Below, piece after piece: positions 1-9,615 of a stretch of 52,369 nucleotides of DNA. Position 1 is the stretch's first letter, and every line of letters begins with the position of its first letter. The notes beneath the pieces were generated by a model that was not told where the DNA came from, ran no database searches, and was given only the letters and a program-made list of their open reading frames with translations. The DNA comes from a virus (Duplodnaviria > Caudoviricetes), in IMG/VR virus record IMGVR_UViG_3300032330_001259, positions 1 to 52,369 of that record, one strand, 5' to 3'. The position numbers and the translations under genes were made by a program.

Positions 1-147
1 GGTTATACTGGTTCAATAGGTGATACTGGTTATACTGGTTCAATAGGTGATACTGGTTATACTGGTTCAATAGGTGATACTGGTTATACTGGTTCAATAG
101 GTGATACTGGTTATACTGGTTCAATAGGTGATACTGGTTATACTGGT
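1..147 (+). repeat. 27-bp perfect tandem repeat GGTTATACTGGTTCAATAGGTGATACT (5 full copies plus partial), coding GYTGSIGDT
   Basis: Directly visible at 1, 28, 55, 82, 109; may continue upstream of the window. Confidence 0.95.
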
Positions 148-2361
148 AGTGAAGGATACTGGGGATCTGTAGGTTATACTGGTTCAATAGGTGATACTGG
201 TTATACTGGTAGTGAAGGATACTGGGGATCTGTAGGTTATACTGGTTCAAAAGGACTCGATGGCAGTTTTGGTGGTGCTGCATTTAACTTCAAATATAGC
301 GATGTTATAACTGATTCAAATCCAGGAATTGGATATTTAATATTCAACAATCTAACACTGTCATCAGCTAATACGTTAAGAATCAACTATAATGATATTA
401 ATAATTTATCAACATATACATTCTTACAAACAATCGACGATTCAACATCAGCGATAAAAGGACATTTTAGCATTGCTGATAAACTTAATCCTTCCAATTA
501 TGCGTTATTTGCTATAACTGGAACACATAATGAAGATAGTACACACTTTGATGTACCAGTAAGTTGGTTGTCAGGTACAACAAGCTTAACTGATCAGACA
601 GAAATTATCATAACATTTGCTAGAACAGGTGATATTGGTGATACAGGATATACAGGTTCAATTGGGTCCGACGGATACTGGGGATCAGTAGGTTATACTG
701 GATCAATAGGTGATCAAGGCTATTGGGGATCAGTAGGTTATACTGGTAGTGAAGGATACTGGGGGTCAGTTGGATATACTGGGTCATGGGGATACTGGGG
801 ATCAGTAGGTTATACTGGATCTGAGGGCTATTGGGGATCTGTAGGTTATACCGGTAGTGAAGGCTATTGGGGATCTGTAGGATATACTGGATCAATTGGT
901 GATCAAGGCTATTGGGGATCAGTTGGATATACTGGTAGTGAAGGATATTGGGGATCTGTAGGATATACTGGTTCAGCTAGTGATGTAATTGGTTATACTG
1001 GATCATCTGGATATTGGGGATCGGTTGGTTATACTGGTTCAGCTAGTGATGTAATTGGTTATACTGGGTCTGAGGGTTATTGGGGATCCGTTGGGTATAC
1101 TGGTAGTAACGGTACTACAGCAATAGTACATACAGATATTACCCCACCAGGTTCTCCTGTATCAGGAACATTTTGGTATAAAACAGATGAAGCTCTACTT
1201 TATGTATATTATGATGACGGGTCTAGTAGCCAGTGGGTTGGTATTACTGCTACCGGAATACCTGGATACACAGGTAGCTCCGGAGGTGGTAGTGGTAACG
1301 GATATACAGGTAGTGAAGGTTATTGGGGATCTGTAGGTTATACTGGATCAGGGGCTACTGGATTTACTGGATCAGCTAGTACAGTAATAGGCTATTGGGG
1401 ATCAGTAGGTTATACTGGATCGATAGGTGCTGCTCCAGAAAGTACAACATATCTAGCTAATAGCATATCAATGCCTGATAATACTAAAGGTACATATAAT
1501 AGTGGTAATGTTGCATCAATACAAACCTTTGGTGATTATTCAACAGGTAATTATTATAGCCTAAATGATACAGCAACTACTCCAGGATTCATCGTTGATA
1601 TTGGGTTTACTGGTGTAGAAAAATTCAACAGAGTTGATGTAAGTGTAAACTATACAAGTGGGTCAGGTCATACAGTTTATATAGAACTCTATAACTATAA
1701 TACATCATCTTGGGATATAATTGGTAGCTATACTGGTCTTCAAAATTGGACTCAGTTTGAACTAGGAGTTATTAGCTCTATTCCGTATGTTTCTAGTGGT
1801 GCTGTTACCGTTAGAGTTTATCATAATTCTGCAGGTAACATATCACACGTTACACAGCTTGATTATATCGCAATCATAGATTCTATACAAGGCGGAATGG
1901 GGCCAAAGGGTGACAAAGGATCAACTGGTTATACTGGATCATGGGGTTACTTTGGATCAACTGGATATTGGGGATCAGTAGGTTATACTGGTTCAATAGG
2001 TGATACTGGTTATACTGGATCTTCTGGCAATAATCCAAGAGTATTAAGTACTACAACTACCGCGTCAGTTACACCTGACGCAACAACATATGATCTATAT
2101 GTATATACAGCATTAGGACAGACATTAACTATTAACGCTTCTACAGTTTTACCAGCAAATGGAACTAAGCTACTGTTTAGATTTAAAGATAATGGAACAG
2201 CTAGGACATTGACTTGGACAACAACAGGAAGTGGTAGTTTCCGCGTTATTGGAACAACCTTACCAGGAACTACCACAATAAGCAAAGTTACATATGTTGG
2301 CTGCATATATAATTCAGATGAACAATTCTGGGATGTTGTTGCAGTAACAACCCAAGCATAA
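1..2361 (+). CDS. Collagen-like (Gly-X-Y) fibre/stalk protein, 5' truncated by window edge
   Basis: Frame 1 is open from base 1 (GYTGSIGDT repeats) through the TTG at 568 to TAA 2361, so the ORF-track start is internal. Contains GYT-GSE-GYW-GSV triplets, a FWYKTDE..LYVYYDDG..QWV module and a C-terminal beta-rich tip domain. Confidence 0.8.
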   Translation, partial: GYTGSIGDTGYTGSIGDTGYTGSIGDTGYTGSIGDTGYTGSIGDTGYTGSEGYWGSVGYTGSIGDTGYTGSEGYWGSVGYTGSKGLDGSFGGAAFNFKYSDVITDSNPGIGYLIFNNLTLSSANTLRINYNDINNLSTYTFLQTIDDSTSAIKGHFSIADKLNPSNYALFAITGTHNEDSTHFDVPVSWLSGTTSLTDQTEIIITFARTGDIGDTGYTGSIGSDGYWGSVGYTGSIGDQGYWGSVGYTGSEGYWGSVGYTGSWGYWGSVGYTGSEGYWGSVGYTGSEGYWGSVGYTGSIGDQGYWGSVGYTGSEGYWGSVGYTGSASDVIGYTGSSGYWGSVGYTGSASDVIGYTGSEGYWGSVGYTGSNGTTAIVHTDITPPGSPVSGTFWYKTDEALLYVYYDDGSSSQWVGITATGIPGYTGSSGGGSGNGYTGSEGYWGSVGYTGSGATGFTGSASTVIGYWGSVGYTGSIGAAPESTTYLANSISMPDNTKGTYNSGNVASIQTFGDYSTGNYYSLNDTATTPGFIVDIGFTGVEKFNRVDVSVNYTSGSGHTVYIELYNYNTSSWDIIGSYTGLQNWTQFELGVISSIPYVSSGAVTVRVYHNSAGNISHVTQLDYIAIIDSIQGGMGPKGDKGSTGYTGSWGYFGSTGYWGSVGYTGSIGDTGYTGSSGNNPRVLSTTTTASVTPDATTYDLYVYTALGQTLTINASTVLPANGTKLLFRFKDNGTARTLTWTTTGSGSFRVIGTTLPGTTTISKVTYVGCIYNSDEQFWDVVAVTTQA

Positions 2362-2375
2362 ATGAAGGAAGAAAT

Positions 2376-2597
2376 ATGGCTGTTATACAACTTGAAAATG
2401 GAAATATTGCAGATGATTTTGAAATGGGAGAATACCCTCTTATTTTAAAAGATGCACTAGTTATGCCATTGGTAGAATATGAAAAGTTAACTCCTGAAGA
2501 AATTATTTCTATGAAACAGTCTCGATATGATAAATGGTATGCTTACATAACAACTCCAGTAGATGAAGTACTCCTAACTGAGGAAGTGATCGTCTAA
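2376..2597 (+). CDS. Small acidic protein, possible fibre assembly chaperone/adaptor
   Basis: 73 aa, RBS AAGGAAG, sits between stalk and payload gene; function inferred from position only. Confidence 0.6.
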   Translation: MAVIQLENGNIADDFEMGEYPLILKDALVMPLVEYEKLTPEEIISMKQSRYDKWYAYITTPVDEVLLTEEVIV

Positions 2598-2598
2598 T

Positions 2599-5500
2599 AT
2601 GGCAGATAGATATTGGCGTGGTGGTGCAGGTACTTGGAACACAACATTAACAACTAACTGGGCTACTACTTCTGGAGCAGTAACTGGTGGTGCTTCAGTT
2701 CCAACTGCTAGTGATAACGTAATATTCGATCAAGCAGGAACTTATACTGTAACAATGACTGGCGCATTACTTTGTGCTAATATTACAGTGTCGGCTGGTA
2801 CTGTTACATTTGCTACTGGTACTACGCCGACCTTGGCAGTATCCGGCAGTATGTCGTTAGTTGCTGCCACATTATGGAATAGCACTGGCACAGTAACTTT
2901 TAATGCTACATCATCACAAACTATTAATAATAATGCTGTAAACATGGACTGTCCAATAACATTTAACGGTGTTGGTGGTACTTGGACTCTACAAAGTAAC
3001 TTCGCTTATGGTAAAACAGCCATCCGTGCTATGAACTTAACTAATGGTACAGTAAATGGTAATGGGTTTACTATCACTAGTTTATTTGCTTCAACAATAG
3101 CAACTGCGACTAATACTAATACTCTACAGAACATTAGCACAACATTAGCAACAACTGTAACTAGTGGTACTATAACAGCGAACGGAACATTTGGCGCATT
3201 TACCTTCACAGCAGGTTCATTAACTTTAGGCGGTGCTCTAACTACAGCAGCATTTACCTTCACAGCAGGTACATTAACTCTTAGCAATTACACACTTACT
3301 TGTACAACCTTCTCAGCAACTGGTGCTACTACTAGAACATTGGCATATGGTACTGGTAATATAACCTGTACTGGATCTGGTACTGCTTTTACACAAGCCA
3401 CTCCTGGTACACTGACTGTCACTGGTACTCCAATCGTTAATATCACTAACGCCGGTGCGACAGCAACGACTGTAGCATCTGGTATAGTAACAGAAGCACA
3501 AGCTCCGTCATTTAACTTTAGTGGTGGTGCTTATACACTAACATTTTTAGGTACTGCTTCATATGTAGCAAATAATGTTTCATTTGCTTCAGGTTGGGCA
3601 GGTACTTGGGCAGCAACTTCAACTGGTACTATATATGGTAGTCTAACACTATCAAGTGCTATGACACTAACAGTATCAACTTCAGTGTTAACCTTCGGTG
3701 GTACAGTGGCTAGCAGTAAAACAATTTCACCGGCTGGTAAAGGTATACCTATTCCGTTGACATTTAACAGTGCTGGTAGCACATATCAATTTACTTCTGG
3801 AATGTCACTTGGAGTAACAACAGCAAAGGCGATGATTTTCGTTAACGGTACATTTGATTTTAATAATCAAGCTATAACACTTGGTTTTGCTGGTTCTACT
3901 ATAAGTATGAATACTAACACTATCGCTATTTCAAATGTTAGCAGTAGCACTAATATTCCATTCACAGTAACAAGTGGTACTTGTAATCTTACAAGTTGTA
4001 ATTTTGGTGGCGCTGTTACGTTCACTGCTGGTACATTAAACTTACTGAGTAACACTACTATAGGAGGTGCCTTTACATATACAGCAGGTACTATCAATAT
4101 AAATGATTATACATTTACAACTTTTACCTTTGCGGCAACAGGTGCTACAACACGTATAATTGCTTTTGGTGCAGGTGGTACTGGTAATATAACATGTAAC
4201 GGTACTGGCACAGTTTGGACACAGGCAACTATCGGTACATTTAGCTATACCGGTACTCCTACTATTAATATCAGTAATCCAACTGCAACAGCAGCAACCG
4301 TTGCTCCAGGTATAGCAACTGAAGTACAGGCATTAAATTTTAACTTTACTACTGGCACATATGCGTTGACGTTTTTAGCCACTGCTAGCTATGCAGCAAA
4401 GAACGTAGACTTTACTGGATTTTCTGGATCATGGGCAAACGGAGCTGTTGCATCTACAATTTACGGAAACTTAACACTTACTAACACCATGAGTACTGGT
4501 GGAACGGGAGTTGTAACTTTTGGCGCTACATCTGGAACGCAAATCATAACTTCAAACACACTTACAAACAAAGATGTTAATTTTCCGATTAATATCAATG
4601 GCATCGGTGGAACAGTTAAACTTGCTGATTCTCTTCGTATAACTACAAATTTAACTCTTACTAATGGAACTTTTGACGCAAACAATGTGGGCATAGCCCT
4701 TACAGGATCTAACACGTTTACTATGGTAACAGGTTCTGTTTCAATCAAAGGCGTAACAACTCTATCTGGCGGATTTGCGCTTGCGTTCACTCAAACAAGC
4801 GGAACACTGACGCAAATTGGAGATAATACTTTTAGAGCCTTCACGCTAACAGCTGGAACATTGAATCTTGGAAGCTATACGCTAACTTGTGAGTCATTTT
4901 CGTCTAGCAATGCAAGCACCCGCACTATAGCGTTTGGCACAGGCAACATAAATTGCACATTAAGCGGGACTACGTGGACGACAGCAACTACTACAGGGTT
5001 AACTGTTACAGGAACTCCAACTGTTAACATTACATATAACGGTGGCGTAGCGGTAACTGTGCTTTCCGGCATCTTAACAGAAGCAAATGCTATCTCGTTC
5101 AATTTCACTGCTGGAAATTATGGGCTAACATTTCTTGGCACTGTAAATTACAGTGCAAAAAATGTAACCTTTGGCAGTGGGTTTGCAGGTGTATGGAATG
5201 CAAGAATTGTTGCTAGCACAATCTATGGTTCTCTTACGCTATCGTCTGCTTCTGCCTTTTCAATGACTTCTTCCTCTGGTGCTCTCACTTTTGGTGCAAC
5301 ATCAGGAACACAGATTATTACCACTAACGGCAAAACTTTTGATGGGCCGATTACAATAAACGGAGTTGGCGGTACTGTTCAGCTTGCTGATGCACTAACT
5401 ATGGGAAGCACCCGTGCTATTACAATGACTAATGGTACGTTCGATGGAAACTCAAAAACTATTAGCTCAACTCTTGCTTTAATCATGATTACTGGATCAG

Positions 5501-6198
5501 TCGTTGCTAAAGGTATTATTACAAACGCAGCTATAACCCACACAAGCGGTACTTTAACCCAAGGAGGAACAAACTCTGTTGGTGCATATACATTAACCGC
5601 TGGCTCACTCAATCTTTCAGGTTATATCCTCACTACAACAGCGTTTGCTACAGGTGTCGGAACAAAGGATCTAACATTTAACGGTGGTACATTGACTATA
5701 ACAAATGCCACCACTACAGCATTTAATAATGTTAATCCATTAAATTTCACCACAACAGCAGGCACCGGTACTGGTAAGATTAGCATGACAGCAGCTACGG
5801 CTAAGACATTTGTTGGCGGTGGATCTACCTACAACTGCACCCTGTCCAATGATGGTGCAGGTACTTTAACTATCACTGGAGCAAATACCTTTACTAAGTT
5901 AGCCAACGGTGTACAACCAACAGCATTTGTGTTTCCATCTAGCACAACAACAACTGTTTCAGACTTTGGAATTGACGGAACTGCTGGTAATCTAGTTACA
6001 ATTACTAGTTCAACCTCTGGTACGGCTGCAACACTTTCAAGTGCAACTAGTAGAATAGATACATATTATATTAGTCTTAAGGATAATGCTGCTACTGGGG
6101 GAGCTGTGTGGACTGCTTACAATTCAACTAATGTTAGTGGTAACACCGGTTGGATATTTTCTATCAATAGTGGGAACTTCTTTGCGATGTTCTTCTAA
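2599..6198 (+). CDS. Thr/Gly-rich beta-helix (autotransporter passenger-like) virion protein/adhesin
   Basis: 1199 aa with about four internal repeats (ITFNGVGGT, LTNGT, FTAGTL, AFGTGNI, GTPTVNI, FNFTxG, IYGSLTLS); very few charged residues; hydrophobic C-terminus GNFFAMFF. Confidence 0.7.
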   Translation: MADRYWRGGAGTWNTTLTTNWATTSGAVTGGASVPTASDNVIFDQAGTYTVTMTGALLCANITVSAGTVTFATGTTPTLAVSGSMSLVAATLWNSTGTVTFNATSSQTINNNAVNMDCPITFNGVGGTWTLQSNFAYGKTAIRAMNLTNGTVNGNGFTITSLFASTIATATNTNTLQNISTTLATTVTSGTITANGTFGAFTFTAGSLTLGGALTTAAFTFTAGTLTLSNYTLTCTTFSATGATTRTLAYGTGNITCTGSGTAFTQATPGTLTVTGTPIVNITNAGATATTVASGIVTEAQAPSFNFSGGAYTLTFLGTASYVANNVSFASGWAGTWAATSTGTIYGSLTLSSAMTLTVSTSVLTFGGTVASSKTISPAGKGIPIPLTFNSAGSTYQFTSGMSLGVTTAKAMIFVNGTFDFNNQAITLGFAGSTISMNTNTIAISNVSSSTNIPFTVTSGTCNLTSCNFGGAVTFTAGTLNLLSNTTIGGAFTYTAGTININDYTFTTFTFAATGATTRIIAFGAGGTGNITCNGTGTVWTQATIGTFSYTGTPTINISNPTATAATVAPGIATEVQALNFNFTTGTYALTFLATASYAAKNVDFTGFSGSWANGAVASTIYGNLTLTNTMSTGGTGVVTFGATSGTQIITSNTLTNKDVNFPININGIGGTVKLADSLRITTNLTLTNGTFDANNVGIALTGSNTFTMVTGSVSIKGVTTLSGGFALAFTQTSGTLTQIGDNTFRAFTLTAGTLNLGSYTLTCESFSSSNASTRTIAFGTGNINCTLSGTTWTTATTTGLTVTGTPTVNITYNGGVAVTVLSGILTEANAISFNFTAGNYGLTFLGTVNYSAKNVTFGSGFAGVWNARIVASTIYGSLTLSSASAFSMTSSSGALTFGATSGTQIITTNGKTFDGPITINGVGGTVQLADALTMGSTRAITMTNGTFDGNSKTISSTLALIMITGSVVAKGIITNAAITHTSGTLTQGGTNSVGAYTLTAGSLNLSGYILTTTAFATGVGTKDLTFNGGTLTITNATTTAFNNVNPLNFTTTAGTGTGKISMTAATAKTFVGGGSTYNCTLSNDGAGTLTITGANTFTKLANGVQPTAFVFPSSTTTTVSDFGIDGTAGNLVTITSSTSGTAATLSSATSRIDTYYISLKDNAATGGAVWTAYNSTNVSGNTGWIFSINSGNFFAMFF

Positions 6199-6211
6199 TT
6201 AATTTTATAGA

Positions 6212-6218
6212 ATAAATA
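6212..6218 (+). promoter_or_regulatory. ATAAATA late-promoter-like motif
   Basis: Resembles T4 late promoter TATAAATA; about 20 bp upstream of ATG 6238; recurs before other cassettes. Confidence 0.55.
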
Positions 6219-6237
6219 TGTGATAAAAAGGTAACAA

Positions 6238-7818
6238 ATGGCCGCAATTAATTTTCCAGATCCACCATTAACTAATGGGCAAGTTTTTACTGCTAATAAT
6301 TTAACTTGGCAATGGAATGGTGTTGCTTGGAGATCAATATCTTCTATACGAGACGGTTATACTGGATCGGAAGGATATACTGGATCAGAAGGATCGGGCT
6401 ATACTGGATCTGCTAGCACCGAAATAGGATATACTGGATCAGAAGGATCAGGATATACCGGTAGTGTTGGGGATCAAGGCTATTGGGGATCAGTCGGTTA
6501 TACAGGTAGTGAAGGCTATTGGGGATCTGTAGGTTATACTGGTAGTGAAGGCTATTGGGGATCTGTAGGTTATACTGGTAGTGAAGGCTATTGGGGATCA
6601 GTTGGATATACTGGATCTGAGGGATATTGGGGATCAGTTGGATATACTGGATCTGAGGGGTATTGGGGATCAGTCGGTTATACTGGTAGTGAAGGATATT
6701 GGGGATCAGTTGGATATACAGGTAGTGAAGGCTATTGGGGATCTGTAGGATATACAGGTAGTGAAGGCTATTGGGGATCTGTAGGTTATACTGGTAGTGA
6801 AGGCTATTGGGGGTCTGTAGGTTATACAGGTAGTGAAGGCTATTGGGGATCAGTTGGATATACTGGATCTGAGGGATATTGGGGATCAGTTGGATATACT
6901 GGATCTGAGGGGTATTGGGGATCAGTCGGTTATACTGGTTCAATAGGTGACACTGGGTATACTGGTTCAGCAAGTAGTGTAATAGGTTATACTGGGTCAT
7001 GGGGTTACTTTGGATCAACTGGCTATACTGGATCAATCGGTGATCAAGGCTATTGGGGGTCAGTTGGATATACCGGTAGTGAAGGATATTGGGGTTCAGT
7101 TGGGTATACTGGGTCATGGGGTTACTTTGGGTCAACTGGCTATACTGGATCAATTGGATTTGTTGGATCTAAAGGTGCTGTTCAAACAACTATAAGTAGC
7201 ACAGCTCCGTCTAGTCCAAATGTTGGAGATATTTGGATAGATGATACATCAGGTATAGAATATCTCTATATCAACGACGGATCATCGTACGAATGGGTTG
7301 AATTTGGTAATTTAGGTATTGCAGGTCCTGCAGGTAATACTGGCTATTGGGGATCAAACGGCTATTGGGGGTCGGTAGGTTATACTGGATCAGCAAGCAC
7401 AGTAGCTGGATATAGTGGTTCAGCAGGATCCAGTGGTGTAGCAAGAAATACAATAACAGCAACAACAGCATCTATAGCAAATCTTGCTACTGGAAATGTT
7501 ACAGCTACAGGATATAAATCATATGTATTATTTAAAATACAAACATCTTGTGAAGCTTGGGTGAGAATATATACCGATAGTGCATCTAGAACAGCAGATG
7601 CATCTAGATCAATCGGTAGTGATCCAACTCCAGGAAGTGGTGTTATCGCTGAAATATTAACAACTACTGGATACTTAACACAATTAATTACTCCAGGGAT
7701 ATTTGGGTTTAATAATGATGGTACACCTAGCACAAATATATATCTAGCTGTTACAAACTATAATGCCAGTACACAAGCAGTTACAGTAACCCTAACAATG
7801 GTACAGATGGAACTATAA
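6238..7818 (+). CDS. Collagen-like fibre/stalk protein
   Basis: N-terminal INFP..NG..FTANNLTWQWNG module, 13 tandem GYWGSVGYTGS(E/I) units, GDIWID..EYLY..DG..EWV module, C-terminal beta domain. Confidence 0.8.
   Translation: MAAINFPDPPLTNGQVFTANNLTWQWNGVAWRSISSIRDGYTGSEGYTGSEGSGYTGSASTEIGYTGSEGSGYTGSVGDQGYWGSVGYTGSEGYWGSVGYTGSEGYWGSVGYTGSEGYWGSVGYTGSEGYWGSVGYTGSEGYWGSVGYTGSEGYWGSVGYTGSEGYWGSVGYTGSEGYWGSVGYTGSEGYWGSVGYTGSEGYWGSVGYTGSEGYWGSVGYTGSEGYWGSVGYTGSIGDTGYTGSASSVIGYTGSWGYFGSTGYTGSIGDQGYWGSVGYTGSEGYWGSVGYTGSWGYFGSTGYTGSIGFVGSKGAVQTTISSTAPSSPNVGDIWIDDTSGIEYLYINDGSSYEWVEFGNLGIAGPAGNTGYWGSNGYWGSVGYTGSASTVAGYSGSAGSSGVARNTITATTASIANLATGNVTATGYKSYVLFKIQTSCEAWVRIYTDSASRTADASRSIGSDPTPGSGVIAEILTTTGYLTQLITPGIFGFNNDGTPSTNIYLAVTNYNASTQAVTVTLTMVQMEL
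6478..6945 (+). repeat. 36-bp coding tandem repeat, 13 units (GYWGSVGYTGSE)
   Basis: 468 bp = 13 x 36; units differ mainly at synonymous positions. Confidence 0.95.
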
Positions 7819-7819
7819 A

Positions 7820-9586
7820 ATGGATGAATTGGAAGAATTTGTTGTTACTTGCAATAATGTTGAAGATCAAGAATCATTATATAACGATTTAGAAACAATC
7901 GGTGGTAGTGACGCTATTCCTGAAAGAGCAGTTCCAGTATATCGGCGTAGGCCATTAAGCCTAAATACCCATTATATGCTAACATTAGATGAAGCAGATG
8001 CGTTATCACAGGATCTCCGTATTTTAGATGTTAAACCTGTCAAATTAATAGAAGCAAGTAGAAATTTATCCTCATATACACAAACAGGAAACTTTAGTAA
8101 AACTCCAGCTAACGTAGCAATGGATCCTAGTTATAGGAATTGGGCATTACTTAGATGTATTGAAGGTGTACAACGATCCGGATGGGGTACTAGCAATACA
8201 TATACTGCATCAGGTTATGATAGTTCTAATTCCTATGTATCTGAAAATCAAAATACTACGATTACTATAGGCCCGACAGGAAAAAATGTTGATGTTATAA
8301 TTATGGATGGAATCTGCGGAGTACCAAATCATCCAGAATTTGCCGTTAATGCCGACGGGACTGGTGGTAGTAGATATGTACAATACGATTGGTATCAATT
8401 AAACAGTATAGCTACTTCATTAGATGACGATGCTGCTACACTTCTATCTGGTTCTTATTCTTATGCTACTGATAGTAGTACAGTTAATGCCAATCATGGC
8501 GCACATACAACTGGCACTGTAGCCGGAAATACCTGCGGTTGGGCAAGAGATGCTAACATATATCAACTAGGACCTTTAGGTGAACAGGGAATTGGATCTA
8601 CTATTATATGGGATTATGTTAGAGCTTTCCATAGGAATAAACCTATCAATCCTGCAACAGGTAGAAAAAATCCCACTATCTGTAATTGTAGTTACGGTAC
8701 TAGTCTCCAGTTTCCAACTACAAGTTTAACATTATATTCAGTAGTTCAAGCTAATAGAAGAGGAACAACTGTTGGTCCATTTGGGTCTAGTCCTTATACT
8801 CCATTTACATCAGCTCAATTAAATTCAGTTGGAATGTATAATCGCACATCGAGTGGAACAGTATATACAACAGTTCCGTGGTATATTAGTGCTGATGCAG
8901 CTGATATAACCCAAGCAATAAATGATGGGATTATAATAGTTGCTGCTGCTGGGAATGAAAGTTTTTTCATAGATAAATCATCAGGATCTGATTATGCTAA
9001 TTGGTTTGTAGCAGCATATGGAACATCTACTTCTTTTTATCTATGGAATCAACACAAAGGATGTGCTATTTCAGCAACACCTGGAGTTATATCTGTTGGT
9101 GCAGTAGATGCTATCGCAGCAGAAAGAAAAGCATATTACAGTAACACTGGTCCTAGAGTTGACATCTATGCCCCAGGTACCTGGATAGTGAGTTCAATAA
9201 CAACATCAACTGGAGACTGGGGTGGTACTAGTTCACCCGATAGTAGAAATAGTAATTATTATATAGGAAGAGATGTTGGAACCAGCATGGCTGCTCCACA
9301 AGTAGCTGGAATATTAGCATGTTTGCTAGAACTATATCCTCGTATGAGTCCTGCTCAAGCGTTATCATATATAACAGGATGTGCTAAAACTTCTCAACTA
9401 GCAGATACAGGCGGTTCAAGCCCATCATGGACAAGCGATCCATATAGTTTACAAGGTGGTTATAATAGATACCTCTATTTGCCACAAGAAAGACCATCTA
9501 ATGGAGAAATGTATCCAAAACAAAATGTTATGGCAAGACCTAGCTCTGGAATCTTATATCCTAGAACCAGTATAAGATTAAGATAA
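7820..9586 (+). CDS. Subtilisin-like serine protease (peptidase S8)
   Basis: Catalytic motifs VIIMDG (Asp), NHGAHTTGTVAG (His), AAAGN (oxyanion Asn), GTSMAAPQVAG (Ser); acidic N-terminal prodomain-like region. Confidence 0.93.
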   Translation: MDELEEFVVTCNNVEDQESLYNDLETIGGSDAIPERAVPVYRRRPLSLNTHYMLTLDEADALSQDLRILDVKPVKLIEASRNLSSYTQTGNFSKTPANVAMDPSYRNWALLRCIEGVQRSGWGTSNTYTASGYDSSNSYVSENQNTTITIGPTGKNVDVIIMDGICGVPNHPEFAVNADGTGGSRYVQYDWYQLNSIATSLDDDAATLLSGSYSYATDSSTVNANHGAHTTGTVAGNTCGWARDANIYQLGPLGEQGIGSTIIWDYVRAFHRNKPINPATGRKNPTICNCSYGTSLQFPTTSLTLYSVVQANRRGTTVGPFGSSPYTPFTSAQLNSVGMYNRTSSGTVYTTVPWYISADAADITQAINDGIIIVAAAGNESFFIDKSSGSDYANWFVAAYGTSTSFYLWNQHKGCAISATPGVISVGAVDAIAAERKAYYSNTGPRVDIYAPGTWIVSSITTSTGDWGGTSSPDSRNSNYYIGRDVGTSMAAPQVAGILACLLELYPRMSPAQALSYITGCAKTSQLADTGGSSPSWTSDPYSLQGGYNRYLYLPQERPSNGEMYPKQNVMARPSSGILYPRTSIRLR

Positions 9587-9589
9587 ATA
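9583..9589 (+). promoter_or_regulatory. ATAAATA late-promoter-like motif
   Basis: Overlaps the S8 stop codon, upstream of ATG 9616. Confidence 0.5.
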
Positions 9590-9615
9590 TAGATAATATA
9601 AAGGTAATATAATAC

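Noticed and set aside
1-7150. Regular 27/36-bp repeats as a CRISPR array
   Set aside because: No unique spacers; unit lengths are multiples of three with synonymous variation inside open frames; no cas genes.
6413-7153. Minus-strand 246-aa ORF and the many other antisense ORFs across 620-29762
   Set aside because: Shadows of repetitive, codon-biased + strand genes; low complexity with no independent motifs.
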